In this document: positions 8,989 to 17,537 of the stretch, piece by piece
Position numbering within the stretch: position 1 is the first letter of the stretch
Layout: every line of letters begins with the position of its first letter
Source of the DNA: Pseudomonadota bacterium
GTDB lineage: Bacteria; Desulfobacterota; Desulfobacteria; Desulfobacterales; JAFDDL01
DNA length: 64,000 nt
NCBI GenBank assembly: GCA_043797445.1
Contig: JAZDPP010000187.1
Location: forward strand, 7,228-71,227
Direction: 5' to 3'
Notes under the pieces: generated by a model
What the model was told of the DNA's origin: nothing
What the model saw: only the letters and a program-made list of their open reading frames with translations
Databases searched by the model: none
Position numbers and translations under genes: made by a program

Positions 8989-10794
8989 ATGGATGATTCA
9001 CTGCTGAATTATTACGAACAGGAACTGAGCTATGTCCGGCAAATGGGAACGGAGTTTGCTGGAAAATACCCGAAGATCGCCGGACGCCTGCTCCTTGAAC
9101 ACGACAAATCTTCGGACCCGCACACGGAACGTCTGATTGAAGCCTTTGCCTTCATCAGCGGCCGCATTCATAAAAAAATCGATGACGATTTCCCGGAAAT
9201 CACCCAATCTTTATTCAATGTCATTTACCCTCATTATAACAATCCCATCCCGTCGTTGACCATAGCCCGGTTCGAACCGATAATGCAGAATATCTCCGAA
9301 GGCGGCTATCGGATCGATCGGGGGACGAAACTCTATTCCAAGCCCGTCTCAGGCACCCCCTGTCAGTTTACGACATGCCAACCCATAGAAATCTGGCCTG
9401 TTGAAGTTGTGACCGCCGGGCTCAGGGACCCGAGAGTGTTGATGAAAGACGCCCAGCAGGCGATTTATATTCAACTAAAAACCGCGAATAACATCCCCTT
9501 TTCCCAGCTCGACTGGAAAAGTCTACGGTTTTATCTCCACGGCCAGCATCAGCACGTTTTTCATCTTTACGAGCTTCTGTTCAACAATGTTTGCCAGGTC
9601 GAGTGTGAACCGGCCGGAGACTCGGCCGGCTCGCGTCGTATTGTTCTCTCGCCCCTGCCTATCGGCCCGGTGGGATTTGAGGAAGATGAATCGGCATTAT
9701 CTTTTCCGAAGCGGTCTTTCCCGGGCTATCGGCTGCTGTTCGAATATTTCTGTTTTCCTGAAAAGTTTCTTTTTTTTGACCTGCGAAACCTTGACAGGAT
9801 AAAGGGCGCGCCCATTGGGAACACGCTCGACATCTGGATTTATTTAAATCGGATGGCCAAACCCAACCTCGTGGTCAATCGTGACACGTTTTGTCTCAAT
9901 GCCGCACCGGCCATCAATCTCTTTTCGAAGATCACCGAGCCCATCCGGGTGGAACAACGCAGGACCGAGTACCGGGTGGTACCCGACCTCAGACGGCAGG
10001 AGGTCACGGAAGTATTCACCGTTGACCGGGTGATGGCCTCGGGGGCCGTCAATACCGATGAAGTTTACGATTACAAGCCTTTCTATTCCATTCGCCATCA
10101 CCTCAATCAGACAGAGGCGGATAGCCGACAGGCCTTCTGGAATATTCAGCGGCGCGAGTCGGGGAAAAAAGGAGATAACGGTACGGAGGTGTATTTATCG
10201 TTTACCGATCTGAACTTCCGGCCAACGGACCCCGGCGTTGAAATCCTGACGATTCATGCCACCTGCACGAACCGGGATCTTCCGTCCCGGCTCCCCTTCG
10301 GCGCCCCGGAGGGTGATTTTGATCTGGAAATTGCCGCTCCCCTGAAAAAAGTTACCAGCATCATGAAACCGACGCCGTCCCGTCGGCCCTCACTGGGCGG
10401 ATCACTCCACTGGCGCCTCATCTCACATCTGTCGCTTAACTATCTGTCGATCGTCGAAGGTGGCGTGGAGGCGCTTCGGGAAATTCTCAGCCTTTACGAT
10501 TTTGATAATTCCCCCGCAACCCGGCAACAGATCAGCGGAATTACCCGGTTGACATCGCGCTATGTCACCAAGAGACTGGGCCAGTCCATCGGCCGTGGTA
10601 TTCAGGTAACCATCGAATTTGATGAGGATAAGTATGTCGGTGCCGGCATTTTTCTTTTTGCCGGCATCCTGGAGCGGTTTCTGGGCCAGTATGTGTCCGT
10701 TAATTCCTTTAGCCAGATGGTGGCAAAAACGATTCAGAAAAAAGAGGTGCTGAAAGAGTGGGCTCCGAGAAGCGGCAATCGCATTCTACTATAG
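8989..10794 (+). CDS. tssF: T6SS baseplate protein TssF (ImpG)
   Basis: N-terminal LLNYYEQELSYVRQMGTEFAGKYPKIAGRL...DPHTERLIEAFAF is the TssF signature. About 600 aa. Confidence 0.92.
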   Translation: MDDSLLNYYEQELSYVRQMGTEFAGKYPKIAGRLLLEHDKSSDPHTERLIEAFAFISGRIHKKIDDDFPEITQSLFNVIYPHYNNPIPSLTIARFEPIMQNISEGGYRIDRGTKLYSKPVSGTPCQFTTCQPIEIWPVEVVTAGLRDPRVLMKDAQQAIYIQLKTANNIPFSQLDWKSLRFYLHGQHQHVFHLYELLFNNVCQVECEPAGDSAGSRRIVLSPLPIGPVGFEEDESALSFPKRSFPGYRLLFEYFCFPEKFLFFDLRNLDRIKGAPIGNTLDIWIYLNRMAKPNLVVNRDTFCLNAAPAINLFSKITEPIRVEQRRTEYRVVPDLRRQEVTEVFTVDRVMASGAVNTDEVYDYKPFYSIRHHLNQTEADSRQAFWNIQRRESGKKGDNGTEVYLSFTDLNFRPTDPGVEILTIHATCTNRDLPSRLPFGAPEGDFDLEIAAPLKKVTSIMKPTPSRRPSLGGSLHWRLISHLSLNYLSIVEGGVEALREILSLYDFDNSPATRQQISGITRLTSRYVTKRLGQSIGRGIQVTIEFDEDKYVGAGIFLFAGILERFLGQYVSVNSFSQMVAKTIQKKEVLKEWAPRSGNRILL

Positions 10795-11795
10795 AAGAGC
10801 GCCTGATTAAGGAATTCTATTCCTTTTCGTTCTTCAAAGCGGTGGATCTAATTGAAAAGATTTCTCCCGGAAGAAAGCCTTTGGGACAAACCCTGGATCC
10901 ACGCGAGGAAGCCGTACACTTTTCGGCAAGACAGGGATTGGCTTTTCCGCCAAGCGATATTGGCGGCATTTCCCCAGGCGCGGCGGAAACACCGGCCCGG
11001 ATGGAAGTCGCCTTTATGGGGCTGATTGGCCCCTCCGGTGTACTGCCGCACTGGTACACCGAACTGGCCATTGCCCGAAGGCGCGAGAAAGACGTCACTC
11101 TGGCCGCCTTTCTCGATATCTTTCACCATCGGCTCATCTCTCTGTTTTATCTCGCCTGGAAAAAGCACCAATTCCCGGCAACCTATCTTCCGGGCGCCAG
11201 AGACAAACTTTCCGGCTATCTTTTAAGTCTTACGGGCCTGGGAACAAAAGGCCTTCGGGGCCGCATCGGCTTGCCCGAAGAATCCCTTTCTTTTTACAGT
11301 GGGTTGCTATCCCGCCAAATTCCTTCGGCGGTCGCCATTGAATCGGCCGTGGCCTATTATTCCGGCACCCTGGTTTCCGTTGAACAGTTCGTCGAAAGAA
11401 TGATCCCCCTTGCCCGCGAGGATCAGACTAGTATCGGAGCCGCAAACGCACAACTCGGAACGGATGCCGTCTGCGGCAGTTTTGTCTGGGAATGCCAAAC
11501 GAAATTCCGTGTTCATCTCGGGCCCATGGGTCTCATGGCGTTTTTGCGCTTTCTGCCGACAGGCGATCTGCTGAGCCCGATTTTTTCGCTGGTGCGGTAT
11601 ATGGTCGGAATTGAATATGAATTTGACGTTCGGGTCTTTTTAAAGCGGGAAGAGGTGCCACCCTGCGTTTTGGGGGAGCGGTCCCCCGCCCCACCCCTTC
11701 TCGGATGGTCAACCTGGATCAAAAGTCCCGGCTACACGCACCCGGAAGACCCGCATATTACTTTCGAAGAGGGAAGAATAGAAACCGGAACGTGA
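10758..11795 (+). CDS. tssG: T6SS baseplate protein TssG (ImpH)
   Basis: FSFFKAVDLIE, GPSGVLPHWYTE and FLDIFHHRLISLFYLAWKK are typical TssG motifs. Overlaps the tssF end; the exact start is uncertain. Confidence 0.88.
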   Translation: MGSEKRQSHSTIEERLIKEFYSFSFFKAVDLIEKISPGRKPLGQTLDPREEAVHFSARQGLAFPPSDIGGISPGAAETPARMEVAFMGLIGPSGVLPHWYTELAIARRREKDVTLAAFLDIFHHRLISLFYLAWKKHQFPATYLPGARDKLSGYLLSLTGLGTKGLRGRIGLPEESLSFYSGLLSRQIPSAVAIESAVAYYSGTLVSVEQFVERMIPLAREDQTSIGAANAQLGTDAVCGSFVWECQTKFRVHLGPMGLMAFLRFLPTGDLLSPIFSLVRYMVGIEYEFDVRVFLKREEVPPCVLGERSPAPPLLGWSTWIKSPGYTHPEDPHITFEEGRIETGT

Positions 11796-11839
11796 AGTGA
11801 TTTTCTTAAAACTTAAAACTCATACGGAGATTTTTTAAC

Positions 11840-14482
11840 ATGGCCATCTCAAATCTCAAATCCTTGATCGGAAAACTGAATACCGCCTGTCGCAAGAGCC
11901 TTGAATCCGCGGCGGGCCTCTGCCTGTCCCACACCCATTACGATGTGGAGCTGGAGCATTTTTTCATTAAGCTCCTGGATATTCAGGACACGGATTTTCA
12001 GAAAATTTTAAGATACTTTGAAATAAACGAGTCCCACCTGATCGGAGATCTTCTGGGGATTATCGAAAAATTCAAGACGGGAAACGCCCGTACCCCCGCC
12101 CTTTCTCCCAGAATTCCGCAGATGATGAAAGAGGCCTGGCTCGTCGCTTCAGTGGATTTTCAAGCCTCCGCCATTCGCTCCGGCCACATTCTGCTGGCAC
12201 TTCTTTCCAATCCGGAGTCGGCAAGAGGGCTCATCTCAAGCTCACCGCTGTTCAAAAAAATCTCGATGGAAACGCTGAAAGACGGTTTTGCCGATTTAAC
12301 CGCCGGTTCAGCGGAGGACAGTGAAGCGATTTCAAAAGCAGCGGAGGGTCCAGCCGCCGGAGGAACACCGGTTTCACACGGCAAGGGACAGGCCCTTGCG
12401 CAATACACCGTCAATCTCACCGCCAAAGCCAAAAAAGGGGAGATCGATCCGGTTCTCGGCCGTGATTTTGAAATCCGCCAGATGGTGGATATCCTCATCC
12501 GCCGGCGGCAAAACAACCCCATTCTCACAGGCGAGGCAGGGGTTGGAAAGACAGCCGTGGTGGAAGGATTTGCGCTCAGAATCGCCGAAGGGGATGTCCC
12601 GCCACCATTGCGGGGAGTCGCCATTCATACGCTTGATCTCGCCCTTCTTCAGGCCGGCGCCGGTATCAAGGGGGAGTTTGAGGAAAGACTCAAGCAGGTC
12701 ATCAGTGAGGTCAAGTCCTCGCCGGTGCCGATCATTCTCTTCATTGACGAGGCCCATACCCTGATCGGCGCCGGGGGATCGGCCGGCGCCGGGGATGCGG
12801 CAAATCTTCTGAAGCCCGCCCTCGCCCGGGGGGAATTGCGAACCATTGCCGCCACGACCTGGGCGGAATACAAGAAATACTTTGAAAAAGACGCCGCTCT
12901 TGCCCGCCGTTTTCAGGTGGTGAAAGTGGAAGAACCGGATGAACAAACCGCCATGGTCATGATGCGGGCCATCGCCCCCTTTCTGGAAAATCACCACAAG
13001 GTCATGATCACGGACGAGGCGCTGCGGGACTCGGTTCATCTTTCCCATCGCTATATCACGGGAAGGCAGTTGCCGGACAAGTCGGTCAGCGTTCTCGATA
13101 CCGCCTGCGCCCGGGTTGCCATCGGACTGACCACCAGTCCGCCGGCCGTCGAGGAGGCCACCCGGCGACTGGGGCAAATCGATCGGGAAACAAAACTTCT
13201 GGAGAAAGAGGCCCTGATGGGCCGGGAACATTCCGGGAAAATTGCATCTCTGGCGGCCGATCGGCTGGAACTTGAAAAATCGCTCGAAGTGCTGGAAAAG
13301 AAATGGAAGGCGGAAATGGAAGTTGCCGACCGTATTTTTGCCATCCAAAAGGATCTGCTGGAAACGCACCAAAAAGACCCGGCCGACCCGGTTCTGCCCC
13401 AAAAACAGGAAGAGCTTAAAACCGCCGAGGCAGAGCTTCTCACGGTTCAGGCGAATACTCCCCTGGTTGCCATCTCCGTTGACTCGGAAACCATATCCGA
13501 GGTCATTTCCGGTTGGACCGGCATTCCCACGGGCCGAATGCGCGCCGATGAAATCACCACCGTGCTGAATCTCGATAAACTCCTGGCGGAACGGGTGATC
13601 GGCCAGGATCATGGATTAAAAGCCATGGCCCAGACCATTCAGACCGCCCATGCCGGCATTGAAGATCCATCCAAACCCACCGGCGTTTTCATGCTGGTCG
13701 GTCCGAGCGGCGTCGGAAAAACGGAAACCGCTCTCGCCCTGGCGGATCTGTTATATGGTGGAGAGGAAAACGTCATTACCATCAATATGTCCGAATACCA
13801 GGAGGCGCATACCGTTTCCAGTCTCAAGGGATCTCCCCCGGGCTATGTCGGATACGGGGAAGGCGGTGTTCTCACAGAGGCGGTGCGACGCAGGCCCTAT
13901 AGCGTCGTTCTTCTCGATGAGGTGGAAAAAGCCCACAACGATGTCATGGAGCTTTTTTACCAGGTCTTTGACAAAGGAACACTGGAGGACGGGGAAGGCC
14001 GTCGGATCGATTTCAAAAACAATCTCATCATTCTCACCTCCAATCTGGGAACCGATACGATCATGAAACTCTGCGCCGACGAGGAGACGAAGCCCGATCC
14101 CGAGACCCTTGCCGAAACCCTGCGGCCTGATTTACAGAAGCACTTCAAACCGGCCTTCCTGGGCCGATTGAAGGTAATTCCCTATTACCCGATTTCGGAT
14201 GAAAATCTGCGATTTATTACCAGACTCAAACTCAACAAGGTGGTTAAACGGATGCGGGAGAATCGCAATACGGTTCTTACCTACGGCGATGATGTGGTGG
14301 AATCCATTGCCCGCCGCTGCACCGAGGTTGACAGCGGTGCGAGAAACATCGATCATATCATGTCTCATACCCTGATGCCGGAACTCAGCAGAGAGCTGCT
14401 GACCCGAATGGCGGCGGGGGAACCGATCAGCGAGGTGACGGTGTCGGTGGATGGGGACGGCTTTGTGTACAATATCAGGTAA
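11840..14482 (+). CDS. clpV: T6SS AAA+ disassembly ATPase ClpV (TssH)
   Basis: Clp N-domain and two AAA+ modules (GEAGVGKTA... and GPSGVGKTE...) with ClpB-like architecture, downstream of tssG. Confidence 0.95.
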   Translation: MAISNLKSLIGKLNTACRKSLESAAGLCLSHTHYDVELEHFFIKLLDIQDTDFQKILRYFEINESHLIGDLLGIIEKFKTGNARTPALSPRIPQMMKEAWLVASVDFQASAIRSGHILLALLSNPESARGLISSSPLFKKISMETLKDGFADLTAGSAEDSEAISKAAEGPAAGGTPVSHGKGQALAQYTVNLTAKAKKGEIDPVLGRDFEIRQMVDILIRRRQNNPILTGEAGVGKTAVVEGFALRIAEGDVPPPLRGVAIHTLDLALLQAGAGIKGEFEERLKQVISEVKSSPVPIILFIDEAHTLIGAGGSAGAGDAANLLKPALARGELRTIAATTWAEYKKYFEKDAALARRFQVVKVEEPDEQTAMVMMRAIAPFLENHHKVMITDEALRDSVHLSHRYITGRQLPDKSVSVLDTACARVAIGLTTSPPAVEEATRRLGQIDRETKLLEKEALMGREHSGKIASLAADRLELEKSLEVLEKKWKAEMEVADRIFAIQKDLLETHQKDPADPVLPQKQEELKTAEAELLTVQANTPLVAISVDSETISEVISGWTGIPTGRMRADEITTVLNLDKLLAERVIGQDHGLKAMAQTIQTAHAGIEDPSKPTGVFMLVGPSGVGKTETALALADLLYGGEENVITINMSEYQEAHTVSSLKGSPPGYVGYGEGGVLTEAVRRRPYSVVLLDEVEKAHNDVMELFYQVFDKGTLEDGEGRRIDFKNNLIILTSNLGTDTIMKLCADEETKPDPETLAETLRPDLQKHFKPAFLGRLKVIPYYPISDENLRFITRLKLNKVVKRMRENRNTVLTYGDDVVESIARRCTEVDSGARNIDHIMSHTLMPELSRELLTRMAAGEPISEVTVSVDGDGFVYNIR

Positions 14483-14522
14483 AAGTGGCCCTCCGTGGCC
14501 GCCTTTTTCAGGTGGGAAGACT

Positions 14523-15866
14523 ATGATGGTGACAGAAAGAGACTCGAATACAACACCCGGGGTGACACTTGAAATCGACGAGGCGCTTCACCTGGCTCTC
14601 AAACTTCACAAGGGCAATTGCCTGCCCGAAGCGGAACATCTCTATAAACTCATCCTGAAATCAGCGCCGGAGAATTTAAACGCCCTGCACTTTCTGGGTC
14701 TCCTCTGCCATCAGCAGAACCGGCATGAAGAAGCCGTTGCGTTGATCGAGCGCATCATCGTCTTATCGCCCGATAATGCGGATGCGCACAATAATCTGGG
14801 AAACGTGCTGGAGGGTCTGGGAAGAGGCGCGGAGTCGGAAGCCTGTTATCGTAAAGCCATTTCTCTCAACCCCGGCCACGGTCCCGCGCATAACAATCTG
14901 GGCGTTGTGCTCATGGCCCTAAACCGGTCGGTGGAAGCCGTCGAAGCCTATCGCAGCGCTGCCGAACTGGCGCCGAATTCCGCCGAATTCCGGTATAACA
15001 TGGGAAATGCGCTGCGAAAATCAGGCGATTTGGATGGCGCCATCAGTGCCTATCGGGAAGCGGTCTCTCTCGCCCCCGACTACGCCGTGGCCTGGCAGGG
15101 CCTGGCGCGAAGCTATCTGCTGGCGAACCGTCGTGAAGAGGCCGCCGACATGTTCGAAAAGTGGCTCGAAAAGGATCCGGGAAATCCGGTCATTCTTTTT
15201 CTAAAAGCCTCCTTCCTTGAAAAGGATGCGCCGGAGAGAGCGCCGAACCTTTACATCGAACAGGTGTTCGATGATTTAGCGAACAGCTTCGACAGCCACC
15301 TGATAGCGCATCTCGAATATCGCGCCCCCGCCCTCCTCACGGAAGCGCTTGCCGCCGCGATTCCCGAGCCGGCGGCAACACTCGATATCCTGGATGCCGG
15401 TTGCGGAACCGGTCTCTGCGCACCGCTTCTGCGTCCTTATGCCCGCTGTCTTTCCGGAGTCGATTTGTCCCCCGGCATGCTGGCAAGGGCAAGGGGACGA
15501 AAGATCTACGACGAGCTCATTCTTGCCGAACTGACGGATTTTCTCAATCAAAAATCCAAGGCCTTTGATATCATCGCCTCGGCGGACACCTTGTGTTACT
15601 TCGGTGTCCTGGAATCGGTCTTTAAGGCGGCTGCCGGCGCATTGAAATCCGATGGCATCCTGGCCTTTACCCTGGAAGATGCCGGAGATGACAGTGAAGG
15701 CTTCCGGCTCAATTCCCACGGCCGGTATGCCCACTCCAGATCCTATGTCAAGACCGCTCTTGAAGCAGCCGGTCTCGGGATTCATTCCATCTCATTTGCG
15801 ATCCTGCGAAAGGAGAACGAGGAACCGGTACCCGGACAGATAGTGGTGTCACGAAAAAGGAGATGA
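14523..15866 (+). CDS. TPR-repeat protein fused to a class I SAM-dependent methyltransferase
   Basis: About 6 TPR units (ALHFLGLLCHQQNRHEEA..., AHNNLGNVL..., AHNNLGVVL...), then SAM motif I LDAGCGTGL. Start placed at ATG 14523, since the ORF-track start 14451 overlaps clpV. Confidence 0.8.
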   Translation: MMVTERDSNTTPGVTLEIDEALHLALKLHKGNCLPEAEHLYKLILKSAPENLNALHFLGLLCHQQNRHEEAVALIERIIVLSPDNADAHNNLGNVLEGLGRGAESEACYRKAISLNPGHGPAHNNLGVVLMALNRSVEAVEAYRSAAELAPNSAEFRYNMGNALRKSGDLDGAISAYREAVSLAPDYAVAWQGLARSYLLANRREEAADMFEKWLEKDPGNPVILFLKASFLEKDAPERAPNLYIEQVFDDLANSFDSHLIAHLEYRAPALLTEALAAAIPEPAATLDILDAGCGTGLCAPLLRPYARCLSGVDLSPGMLARARGRKIYDELILAELTDFLNQKSKAFDIIASADTLCYFGVLESVFKAAAGALKSDGILAFTLEDAGDDSEGFRLNSHGRYAHSRSYVKTALEAAGLGIHSISFAILRKENEEPVPGQIVVSRKRR

Positions 15867-15870
15867 AACG

Positions 15871-17433
15871 ATGCCGGATCCCATCACATTTGGTAAACTT
15901 GAGTTTAATCTGGTCGCGGACATGGACACTAATGCCTCGGCGCCGGATCCGCAAGACCCTTTCCGTATCCTCATCATGGGAGATTTTACGGGACAAGAGA
16001 ATCGCGATATTATCTCATCGGGCAACCCATTGGCAAACCAACGGCCAATCCGGGTGGATCGGGATAATTTCGATTCGCTGATAGGAAAACTCGGCGTTAA
16101 ATTAGCGCTGCCCGTGCTGGGGCCAACCGCCCCGCCGGTCGTTATCGGGTTTTCCGAACTGGAAGATTTTCATCCGGATCATCTCTTTGATCGATTGGAA
16201 GTATTCCAGGCCTTGCGGGACACCAGAACGAGTCTTGAGAATCCCGCCACTTTCGCTGCCGTTGCCGGCGGCCTGAAAGGGGTGGAAACCCGCGCTGAGA
16301 AAACAATGTCACCGTCCGCATCGAAAAATGCCCCCGCCGGAAAACCCGACCCCGTTTCCGGAAATCTTCTGGACGAGATCATTGCCCAAACGCCGGGGGA
16401 ACAGACCGGAACCGATTCCATCGCCCCCCCATCGGAATGGCACTCTTTTCTGCGGGAAATTGTGAGGCCCCATCTCGTATCCGATCCTCATCCCCGGCAG
16501 GCCGAAATGATAGCCGCCGTGGATTCCGCGGCCGGAGAACTGATGCGCCTGATATTGCATCACCCCGATTTTTCAGCGTTGGAGGCGGCCTGGAAAGCGC
16601 TCTATTTTCTCGTCTCCCGACTGGAAACGGATGTCCTGCTGAAACTCTATCTGCTGGACATCTCCAAAACGGAGCTTGAGAGAGATCTGGGAAGCGTCGA
16701 GAACTTACGGTCAACCGGTCTTTTCCGGCTTCTGGTTGAACAAACTCTTGAGACTCCCGGCACTGCCCCCTGGGCGGTGCTGATCGGCAACTACCGTTTT
16801 GAGCAAAATGTCGATGATGTCGAATTTCTGGGCCGGATAGCTAAAATTGCCAAGGCATCCGGAGCCCCCTTTATTGCCGCGGCAAGCGATAAAATGGTGT
16901 GCCAAAACTCCCTCGCCCAAACGCCTGATCCGGATGACTGGGAACCGGCCGCCAGACCGGATGCGATTCAAGCCTGGCTGGCGCTTCGGAAGCTCCCCGA
17001 GGCCGCCTATATCGGCCTTGCTCTGCCCCGCTTCCTGCTTCGGCTGCCATACGGCGCGGACACCGACCCCGTGGAGGCTTTCGATTTCGAGGAAATATCT
17101 TCTTCTTCGGATCACGAGAGTTTTCTCTGGGGAAATGCCGCTTTCGCCTGCGCACTCCTTCTGGGGCAGTCCTTCAGCTCGAACGGCTGGCAACTCAGAC
17201 CCGGCGATCTGCTCGATGTGACCAACCTTCCGCTTTATCTATACAAAAAGGATGCGGAATCGAAGCTTTTGCCCTGCGCCGAGACCCTCCTTACCCAGCG
17301 CGCGGCGGAAATGATCCTCGATAACGGGCTCATGCCACTGTTGTCTTTTCTCGACCAGGACACCGTCCGACTTGCCCGCTTTCAGGCTATCACGACGCCG
17401 CTCACCCGGCTGGCGGGCCGGTGGGAGGAATAA
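15871..17433 (+). CDS. Sheath-like paralog: TssB-like N-terminus fused to a C-terminally truncated TssC-like body
   Basis: By-eye alignment to the locus's own TssB: VDRDNFDSLIGKLGVKLAL, FSELEDFHPDH. By-eye alignment to its TssC: HHPDFSALEAAWKALYFLV, GAPFIAAAS, LRLPYGADTDPVEAFDFEE, LWGNAAFA. SD AAGGAG lies 8 nt before the ATG, and the gene starts 4 nt after the upstream stop. Confidence 0.75.
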   Translation: MPDPITFGKLEFNLVADMDTNASAPDPQDPFRILIMGDFTGQENRDIISSGNPLANQRPIRVDRDNFDSLIGKLGVKLALPVLGPTAPPVVIGFSELEDFHPDHLFDRLEVFQALRDTRTSLENPATFAAVAGGLKGVETRAEKTMSPSASKNAPAGKPDPVSGNLLDEIIAQTPGEQTGTDSIAPPSEWHSFLREIVRPHLVSDPHPRQAEMIAAVDSAAGELMRLILHHPDFSALEAAWKALYFLVSRLETDVLLKLYLLDISKTELERDLGSVENLRSTGLFRLLVEQTLETPGTAPWAVLIGNYRFEQNVDDVEFLGRIAKIAKASGAPFIAAASDKMVCQNSLAQTPDPDDWEPAARPDAIQAWLALRKLPEAAYIGLALPRFLLRLPYGADTDPVEAFDFEEISSSSDHESFLWGNAAFACALLLGQSFSSNGWQLRPGDLLDVTNLPLYLYKKDAESKLLPCAETLLTQRAAEMILDNGLMPLLSFLDQDTVRLARFQAITTPLTRLAGRWEE

Positions 17434-17537
17434 AGGACATTGTATTTGACAAAATGAAAAAATTGATCAATTCGTAAAACATGAGGATAAGGATCGGTTT
17501 TTTTCTCGACAAGTCTTACAATCAAGGTTGACATGCC

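Noticed and set aside
12374-13612. 412-aa ORF on the minus strand inside clpV, plus the neighbouring 12160-12624 and 13051-13443 ORFs
   Set aside because: They are fully antisense to a gene with unmistakable ClpV motifs. Their products are low-complexity and Gly/Arg/Pro-rich with no family features, which is typical of shadow ORFs in GC-biased coding DNA.
14451-14522. ORF-track start of the TPR-methyltransferase overlapping clpV by 32 nt
   Set aside because: The extra 24 residues (MGTALCTISGKSGPPWPPFSGGKT) look like out-of-frame clpV 3' sequence. ATG 14523 follows a purine-rich SD-like GGTGGGAAG.
17434-17537. TTGACA (17446-17451) as a vgrG promoter
   Set aside because: No acceptable -10 hexamer lies at 16-19 nt spacing, so it is left uncalled.
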